In this document: one piece after another, positions 57,867 to 64,000 of the stretch
Numbering within the stretch: position 1 is the stretch's first letter
How the letters are laid out: each line of letters begins with the position of its first letter
From: an uncultured Oscillospiraceae bacterium
GTDB lineage: Bacteria > Bacillota > Clostridia > Christensenellales > QALW01
Assembly: GCA_964492705.1 (NCBI GenBank)
Contig: CAZBLS010000001.1
Coordinates: 5,281 to 69,280 of the forward strand
DNA: 64,000 bases
Direction of reading: 5' to 3'
Program-made: the position numbers and the translations under genes
Notes under the pieces: model-generated
Database searches by the model: none
The model's input: the letters and a program-made list of their open reading frames with translations, nothing else
What the model was told of the DNA's origin: nothing

Positions 57867-58535
57867 TCATCCTGCCCTGTTTCTTTTTTCTATGATTATC
57901 TTATCTTCGTCCTCCGTAACGTCGTCTTCAAAACCGCCCTGTCGCATAAGTTTCAGTATTTTTTCTATTTCGTTTATAAATATGCGCCTGTCGCTTAAAA
58001 CGGAAAGGCGTATATGTTCCTTTGCGGAAGACGGAATTTCGTCGGCAAGTTTGCACATTCTGGCAAAATATTCGCTTTCTCCGCCCGAAAATTTCAAATA
58101 CCGTTCCGTATCACGGGAAATAAGTTTTTTTGCCTGTTCGTTAAGCAAAAAATAGTTTTTGATATTTTCAGTCTGTTCATCGTTTAACGACAGCATTTCC
58201 TCCACGCTTCCGTTTAATTCCGTAATGCGCTCCGCTATCTCGTCAACGGTTATGCTTTTCCTGTGAATATCCTCGTTTAAAGCAAAAGACTCTTCTTCAC
58301 CCTCTCTCACCGTAAGCAACACTGCGTGGATATATTTCATTCCCAATTCCTTACAGGCTTTAACTCTTCGCAATCCGAATACAAGTTTATACCCTGTTTC
58401 TCTTTGCACTATTCCCACAGGTTGCAACTGTCCGCAAGTACGTATGCTGTCTTTTAGATACTCCACATTGTCCTTGCACTCTCCGTACGATATGGTACTT
58501 ATGGGCACTTTTATATATACCGCTCCGGCTCTCAA
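57867..58535 (-). CDS. orphan ParB/Srx N-terminal-domain protein
   Basis: LQPVGIVQRETGYKLVFGLRRVKACKELG matches the ParB box II/III region (GxRR). Preferred TTG start at 58535 with GAGGAGG 8 nt upstream. ORF-track start is 58595. Confidence 0.6.
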   Translation of the reverse strand: MRAGAVYIKVPISTISYGECKDNVEYLKDSIRTCGQLQPVGIVQRETGYKLVFGLRRVKACKELGMKYIHAVLLTVREGEEESFALNEDIHRKSITVDEIAERITELNGSVEEMLSLNDEQTENIKNYFLLNEQAKKLISRDTERYLKFSGGESEYFARMCKLADEIPSSAKEHIRLSVLSDRRIFINEIEKILKLMRQGGFEDDVTEDEDKIIIEKRNRAG

Positions 58536-58682
58536 AACCACCGCCTCCTCTTTTGTGTACATAATAGCAAAAACACGGACATCCGTAAAGAACATCCGTG
58601 TTACTTTTTTCCTTATAAATCTACCGTATTTTCGGTATATTTTACCTTTTTTTATCCTATTTTCGAAAAAACAGGCGCATTT

Positions 58683-59756
58683 TCAGTTAATTTGAAGTAC
58701 GGTTTTTAATTTTTCAGTATCAAAACAAGGAATATCTCCGCCCTTTATCACCGTGAATGCCGCCGCACGGAGCATTCTGTTCATTACCGAAAGTCCCGCT
58801 CCGTCCTTTTTTACCGCCGAGATAAGAACAGTATCGTAATTTTTGTCATCCGCATCACGCAAAACCGCAAAAAGATTTTTCGCCGCATCCGTTGCATCAT
58901 TTCCGTGCATAAGTGAAGCGCAGTTTCGCTTATCGTTCTCGGCATCTTCCCCGTTCCACACTATCAGCGGATTTCTGTTTATCTCCCTGCACATATCGTA
59001 CAGCCTGTCCGCATCGGATATTTCGCCGTCGATTATAAGCACCCGTGCCTTGGGCGAATAATGCTTATACTTCATACCCGGACTTGCCGCCTTATCCACT
59101 TTCCCGTTTTCAAGTACCGCAGGATGTATGTCCACCCGTCCCAAAACTTCCGTAAGCATTTCATAGGTAACAAGCCCCGGTCTAAGTAACAGAGGCACTT
59201 CCGTGCAAAGGGATATTACGGTGGATTCCACTCCTCCGGAACATTCCCCCCCGTCAAGTATCAGCGGAATTTTGCCTTTAAGGTCGTCATACACGTGTTT
59301 TGCCGACGTGGGCGACGGTTTACCCGAAGAATTTGCGCTTGGTGCCGCCACGGGACAACCGCAGGCTTTTAAAAACTGCCTTGCACCTGCGTGCTCGGGA
59401 ATGCGCACACCCACCGTATCTATACCGGCGGTAACCGTATAGGGTATGCAATCCCGTTTAGGCAGTACCACAGTGATTGGTCCGGGCATAAATTTATCTA
59501 TGAGCAATTGTGCATTTGTATTGATTTCACGGGATACTTGCGCTATCTGCTCCTTTTCGGCAACGTGAACTATAAGCGGATTATCCGACGGTCTTCCCTT
59601 TGCCGAAAATATGGCTTTTACGGCTTTTTCATCGTATACCGATGCACCCAAGCCGTAAACGGTTTCGGTAGGAAACGCTACCGTCCCCCCCGAATTTATT
59701 ATTTCCGCCGCTTTTTCACAGGAACTCTTATCAAGTTTTAATATTTCGGTCGTCAT
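58683..59756 (-). CDS. tsaC: L-threonylcarbamoyladenylate synthase (Sua5/YwlC type)
   Basis: FPTETVYGLGA, KGRPSDNPLIVH and a C-terminal Sua5 domain. 357 aa. Confidence 0.9.
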   Translation of the reverse strand: MTTEILKLDKSSCEKAAEIINSGGTVAFPTETVYGLGASVYDEKAVKAIFSAKGRPSDNPLIVHVAEKEQIAQVSREINTNAQLLIDKFMPGPITVVLPKRDCIPYTVTAGIDTVGVRIPEHAGARQFLKACGCPVAAPSANSSGKPSPTSAKHVYDDLKGKIPLILDGGECSGGVESTVISLCTEVPLLLRPGLVTYEMLTEVLGRVDIHPAVLENGKVDKAASPGMKYKHYSPKARVLIIDGEISDADRLYDMCREINRNPLIVWNGEDAENDKRNCASLMHGNDATDAAKNLFAVLRDADDKNYDTVLISAVKKDGAGLSVMNRMLRAAAFTVIKGGDIPCFDTEKLKTVLQIN

Positions 59757-61201
59757 AAAAGTTTAACCAATCCCTCTTCATCGGAAATGCTGTCGGTAAA
59801 TCGGATATTGTAATCCTCAATATGCATTCCGTCATCGGCTCTTGCATAAATTTCGCATTCTTTAAAATTCTCTTCCAACACTTGCTTATTGGTTGAAAGC
59901 GACTTCAAAATATATGGATTTACCCTTAAAATTACCCGTCTGCTGTCGCCGAGAGTACGTTTAAGTTCGGTAAGCATAATATCAAGTACCGAAACCGCAC
60001 TTAATATTCTCCCGTCTCCCTCGCAGTAAGGGCATACTCTCTGCATTGCATCCGAAAGAGAAAGTCCCGTTTTCTTTCTGCTCAGTTCCACAAGTCCCAA
60101 GTGCCCGAATCCGAGCACCGCCGTCTTTGCACGGTCGTCGGCAACGGATTCTTTCAGTACGGCAAGCACTTTTTCTCTGTCTTCATCGCTTTCCATATCA
60201 ATAAAGTCCACAACGATTATTCCGCCCACGGAACGCAACCGCAACTGTTTTGCTATTTCTTCCGCCGCCGAAATATTTGTTTTAAGTACCGTCCTGTTAA
60301 AATCGTAATCTCCCGTAAATTTGCCCGTATTTACGTCAATAACCGTAAGTGCCTCGGTAAAGTCGAAAACGAGATATGCACCGCTGTCCAACCAAACTTT
60401 TCTTTCAAGCAGTTTACGGAATTTATTTTCTATTCCAAAGAGCGAATATAGATTTCCCTCTTTAAAGATAATCTTTTTTACGTTTTCGGGTGTCATCACT
60501 TCCGCAATATGCACCGCTTCTTCAAAGGCTTTTCGGTCGTTTACCAAAAATTTATCCACAGAAGAATCAAGATGGTCACGCACGAGAGTTAAAATAAGTC
60601 CGTCTTCTCCGTGAAGCAAGCAGGGAGCATTTTTCACCTTTGCGTTTTTGCATATCTGCTCCCAAACCTCTTCAAGATAACTTATCTCCCGTTTCAGTTC
60701 TTCTTCCGTGGCATTAACCGCATCGGTTCTCACAATATAGCCGTGCTCTTTGGGCTTTACCGATTGCACAACTTTTCTTAACCTGTCTTTTTCTTCTTCA
60801 TCCGCAATTTTTTTTGAAACGCCCACATAGTCATAAGAGGGAAGCATAACCGTTTTATGTCCGGGCAAAGTGATACTCATAGTAACCCTTGCACCTTTCA
60901 CTCCCTTGGCTTCCTTTACCACCTGCACGCAAACATCTTGCCCCTGCTTTATTTTTTTGCGTATATCGCAATCTTTTTCGCCGGGGATATCGTCCGCAAA
61001 CAGAAAAGCGTTTTTTTCAAGACCTATATCCACAAACGCCGCCTGCATTCCGGGCACCACGTTTGTAACCGTTCCCTTGTAAATATTGCCCACACCTCCG
61101 CTTTGCGAGGGATGTTCAACAAAAACGTCTTTCATCTCACCGCCGTCCAAAATAACGGCACTTTTTTGCATTACACCGCAGTTTGCAAGAATTTCTTTCA
61201 T
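59753..61201 (-). CDS. rng: Rne/Rng-family ribonuclease (RNase G-like)
   Basis: S1 domain GNIYKGTVTNVVPGMQAAFVDIG and DNase-I-like core IDVNTGKF. The ATG at 61201 overlaps the upstream stop as ATGA. Confidence 0.85.
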   Translation of the reverse strand: MKEILANCGVMQKSAVILDGGEMKDVFVEHPSQSGGVGNIYKGTVTNVVPGMQAAFVDIGLEKNAFLFADDIPGEKDCDIRKKIKQGQDVCVQVVKEAKGVKGARVTMSITLPGHKTVMLPSYDYVGVSKKIADEEEKDRLRKVVQSVKPKEHGYIVRTDAVNATEEELKREISYLEEVWEQICKNAKVKNAPCLLHGEDGLILTLVRDHLDSSVDKFLVNDRKAFEEAVHIAEVMTPENVKKIIFKEGNLYSLFGIENKFRKLLERKVWLDSGAYLVFDFTEALTVIDVNTGKFTGDYDFNRTVLKTNISAAEEIAKQLRLRSVGGIIVVDFIDMESDEDREKVLAVLKESVADDRAKTAVLGFGHLGLVELSRKKTGLSLSDAMQRVCPYCEGDGRILSAVSVLDIMLTELKRTLGDSRRVILRVNPYILKSLSTNKQVLEENFKECEIYARADDGMHIEDYNIRFTDSISDEEGLVKLL

Positions 61202-61854
61202 TGTGCGCACTCCAAAGGCTCTTTAAGTTCGTTTCCGTCAAGAACGAGAAGTTTTTCCCTTAAAACCCCCACGGTTTCAACGCCGAAAGATGCAAGAATT
61301 TCCCTAAACTTATCTCCTCGGAGATTTTCGCTGTTTCCGCAGGAAAGCGTTGCGCAAATTTTGTCGCCTTGCTGTGAAAGACTGTGTATCATATGGCGCA
61401 CGTTTACCGTAGCCATACCTTTTTTTGTCTTTTTCTCAATGAATATTTCTTCCTGCTTCATTACTTCGTCAAGTTTTTCCTTACAATCTCCGCCGTTTTC
61501 AAGCCTGAAAGAATATTCCGCAAAAGCAGATATCGCCGCTACGGCAGGAGCACCGTTTTCAATCTCCTTTGAAGCGAGAATTTTTACACCCTCGGGCAAA
61601 ACTTCGTTTAAAAGTCTCTTTACGTCCTCGGGATGCACGAATTTTTCAAACACGACCTCCGCATACTCGGCTTTTGAACACACCCCAACGGGAAGTGCTC
61701 CGGCAAAACTCACAAGCATGTGAGGATTAAATCCTTGGGAATACCCACAGGGAAGTTTTGCCCTGCGCATTGCACGCTGAAACAGACGTTGCATATCCAA
61801 ATGGGAAATATATTTTACCTGTTCGCCCTTTTCCAAGCGCAAAAGCAGTTTCAT
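61198..61854 (-). CDS. TIGR03936 (DUF2344) radical-SAM-associated protein
   Basis: YISHLDMQRLFQRAMRRAKLP...SQGFNPH signature. The ATG at 61854 overlaps the upstream stop as ATGA. Confidence 0.75.
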   Translation of the reverse strand: MKLLLRLEKGEQVKYISHLDMQRLFQRAMRRAKLPCGYSQGFNPHMLVSFAGALPVGVCSKAEYAEVVFEKFVHPEDVKRLLNEVLPEGVKILASKEIENGAPAVAAISAFAEYSFRLENGGDCKEKLDEVMKQEEIFIEKKTKKGMATVNVRHMIHSLSQQGDKICATLSCGNSENLRGDKFREILASFGVETVGVLREKLLVLDGNELKEPLECAQ

Positions 61855-63659
61855 ACTTTCTTCACCTCTCTGCACGTAGCAATAAGTCCGCAATTATTGC
61901 AGCCTAAACGGCAATCTCTCGTGGTTTCCTCACGCATTGCCTTTTCCAATTCCTTTTTATAAAACTCTTTCGTTACGCCAACGTCCACCGTATCCCACGG
62001 CAACATTTCGTCAACGGAGATCTCCCTCTGTGCCATTTCCGCCATATCAAGCCCGTTATCTTCAAAGGCTTTCTGCCAAGCACCGTATTTAAAATGCTCA
62101 TTCCACGCATCGAATTTCGCACCGTTTTTCCACGCACCGTAAAGCACGTTACACATTTCACGTCCGCCACGTGCACAGCAAACTTCCAATTTTGAAGTAA
62201 CGGAATCGTGATACTTATATTCCACGCCCCTCATCGGACGGATAAGGTCTGCAAGATATCTCTGTTTCTCCCTAACGTTTTCCTCGCTGTCCTGTCCAAT
62301 CCATTGGAAAGGCGTAAACGGCTTGGGAATAAATACCGATGTACTCACCGTAATACGCATATTCTTCAAATTACCGTGTACTTCCCTGTAAACTTCCGAG
62401 CATTTTGACGCAAGATCCGCAATGCCCTTGATATCTTCTTTTGTTTCAAAGGGCAGTCCCATCATAAAATACAGTTTTATGGCGGTATATCCTGCTTCGT
62501 AAGCACCCCTTACCGTGCGCAAAAGGTCTTCTTCCGAAACATTTTTGTTGATTATATTACGCATACGCTGACTTCCGGCTTCGGGCGCAAAGGTAAGTGA
62601 AGTTTTACGCATTTGGGGCGAAACGAAATCCGGATCGAAAGAATCTATCCTAAGGGAGGGCAATGCCGTATCAACGTGCTCTCCCTCAAATTCCTTTCCG
62701 AGCCTGTTTACAAGTTCCTTTATGTGTGAATAATCACCGCTGGAAAGTGAAGTAAGGGATATTTCGTCGTAGCCCGTTGCATCCACCGATGCTCTTGCCA
62801 CGGCACAAAGTTTATCTACGCTCCGTTCCCTGACGGGTCTGTAAAGAAATCCCGCTTGGCAAAAACGGCAACCTCTTGTGCACCCTCTCATAATTTCAAG
62901 CATAACTCTGTCGTGAACGACTTCCACCGTGGGTACAATAAGCTTTTCGGGAACAAAAGTATTTTCAAAGTCCACTGCCATTCTGCGCACTGCGTGTTCG
63001 GGCGCACCGTCAAGAGGTGTTATTTTCAAATGTCCGTCTACCGTTTCGTGCCTGTACAAACTCGGCACATACATTCCCGAATTTTGTGCAAGGCGAAGAA
63101 GCAGATCTTTTTTTCCTTTTCCCGACTTCTTCCACTCTTTATATATATCAATGAGTTCGTTAAGTTCTTCTTCACCGTCGCCCAAAAGGAAACAGTCGAT
63201 AAAATCCGCAAGTATCTCTGCGTGGTTTGCACAGGGACCGCCTGCCACTATCAAAGGCTCGTCTTCTCCCCTATCTGCACTCCTAACGCTTACGTTTGCA
63301 AGGTCAAGCATATTGAGAATGTTTGTATAACTCAATTCGTATTGAAGCGTAAATCCCCAAATATCCGCCTCTTTCACGGGCATTTTTGTTTCAAGGGCAA
63401 ACAGCGGAATACCGTTTTTACGCATTAGATCTTCCATATCGTTAAGAGGAGCATACGCCCTCTGGCAAAATGTATCTTCCCTGTTATTCAACAAATGATA
63501 TATAATTTTTCCGCCCAAATGAGACATTCCCATCTCATACGTATCGGGATATGAAAACACAAAATTAACTTCCGCATTTTCCTTTATGCAAGAGTTAAGT
63601 TCTCCGCCCGTATACCGTGCAGGCTTATCTACTCTCTCCAATATTTTATCTAAATCCAT
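61851..63659 (-). CDS. TIGR03960-type B12-binding-domain radical SAM protein
   Basis: N-terminal VDKPARYTGGELN and the cluster motif CTRGCRFC. 602 aa. Confidence 0.85.
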   Translation of the reverse strand: MDLDKILERVDKPARYTGGELNSCIKENAEVNFVFSYPDTYEMGMSHLGGKIIYHLLNNREDTFCQRAYAPLNDMEDLMRKNGIPLFALETKMPVKEADIWGFTLQYELSYTNILNMLDLANVSVRSADRGEDEPLIVAGGPCANHAEILADFIDCFLLGDGEEELNELIDIYKEWKKSGKGKKDLLLRLAQNSGMYVPSLYRHETVDGHLKITPLDGAPEHAVRRMAVDFENTFVPEKLIVPTVEVVHDRVMLEIMRGCTRGCRFCQAGFLYRPVRERSVDKLCAVARASVDATGYDEISLTSLSSGDYSHIKELVNRLGKEFEGEHVDTALPSLRIDSFDPDFVSPQMRKTSLTFAPEAGSQRMRNIINKNVSEEDLLRTVRGAYEAGYTAIKLYFMMGLPFETKEDIKGIADLASKCSEVYREVHGNLKNMRITVSTSVFIPKPFTPFQWIGQDSEENVREKQRYLADLIRPMRGVEYKYHDSVTSKLEVCCARGGREMCNVLYGAWKNGAKFDAWNEHFKYGAWQKAFEDNGLDMAEMAQREISVDEMLPWDTVDVGVTKEFYKKELEKAMREETTRDCRLGCNNCGLIATCREVKKV

Positions 63660-63688
63660 ATACAGTTCCTCCGCAGTATAATATTTAT

Positions 63689-63718
63689 ATTATACTGTAT
63701 TTTGCGCTTTTATGTCAA
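63689..63718 (-). promoter_or_regulatory. sigma-A promoter of the radical-SAM/RNase G operon
   Basis: Minus strand TTGACA (63718-63713), 18-nt spacer, TATAAT (63694-63689). Confidence 0.5.
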
Positions 63719-63825
63719 TCATAAATACCCGATCACGGGCACGGGGGAAAATTGCAAGTCACAATAAAAAAAGCATCCCTCATTGAGATGCATATTTTTA
63801 TTTGCACTTTTGATAAAATTTGAAA

Positions 63826-63999
63826 TTACAGCCCGATATTCCTCAAAAATGCTTTTGTACTTTCGGCTTTATCCGACGAAATTGTCTGATTTAACTTCAA
63901 TTCATTCACCACTCGCTTTGCGTGACCGCAGAAAATCAGTTTAAACCACCTGCGAACTTCCATTATCGGAGTCAGCCATTTATATTTTTGCAAAATAGG
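63826..63999 (-). CDS. 3' end of an unidentified gene (runs off the window end)
   Basis: The open minus-strand frame PILQKYKWLTPIMEVRRWFKLIFCGHAKRVVNELKLNQTISSDKAESTKAFLRNIGL ends at TAA 63828-63826. No confident family assignment. Confidence 0.4.
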   Translation of the reverse strand, partial: PILQKYKWLTPIMEVRRWFKLIFCGHAKRVVNELKLNQTISSDKAESTKAFLRNIGL

Positions 64000-64000
64000 A

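Noticed and set aside
1-64000. Search for tRNA, rRNA, tmRNA, CRISPR arrays, transposase/IS ends and riboswitches
   Set aside because: By eye I found no GTTCGAATC-type T-arm motifs, rRNA-like conserved blocks, regularly spaced repeats or terminal inverted repeats flanking a transposase. A covariance-model scan would be needed to exclude small structured RNAs.

Overview
A 64-kb chromosomal window from a spore-forming Firmicute, Clostridia-like (cotJABC and spoIIE are present). GC content was not computed. Most of it is tightly packed, mostly minus-strand housekeeping genes with many 4-nt start/stop overlaps: asnA; the yqhQ(DUF1385)-prmC-prfA operon; the S4-ispDF-radA-yacL-cvpA block; the complete rimP-nusA-ylxR-ylxQ-infB-rbfA-nrnA-truB-ribF operon; rdgB; tsaC/sua5; and a radical-SAM(TIGR03960)-DUF2344-RNase G operon. 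I found no rRNA, tRNA or CRISPR array. Two regions are not ordinary. (1) 43886-52667 is a compact, co-directional phage morphogenesis block: small terminase (apparently frameshifted), large terminase, portal, scaffold-like protein, coat and five distal structural genes. Its order and sizes resemble the P22 head/neck module. It has no integrase, regulation, replication, lysis, tailspike or ejection genes, and it sits 2 nt from a glycosyltransferase gene and about 150 bp from spoIIE. I treat it as a candidate domesticated, GTA-like or satellite-like particle locus. A clean deletion remnant cannot be excluded. (2) 27493-30848 is a small decaying accessory islet. It holds a lipoprotein gene behind a perfect consensus promoter that is broken by a homopolymer frameshift and continues in a single frame through two in-frame stops. 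It also holds an ArsR-type pseudogene with three lesions upstream of an intact nitroreductase, and a pair of 54-bp direct repeats that each carry two hairpins. All functional calls rest on motif recognition and gene context only, because no database search was possible.
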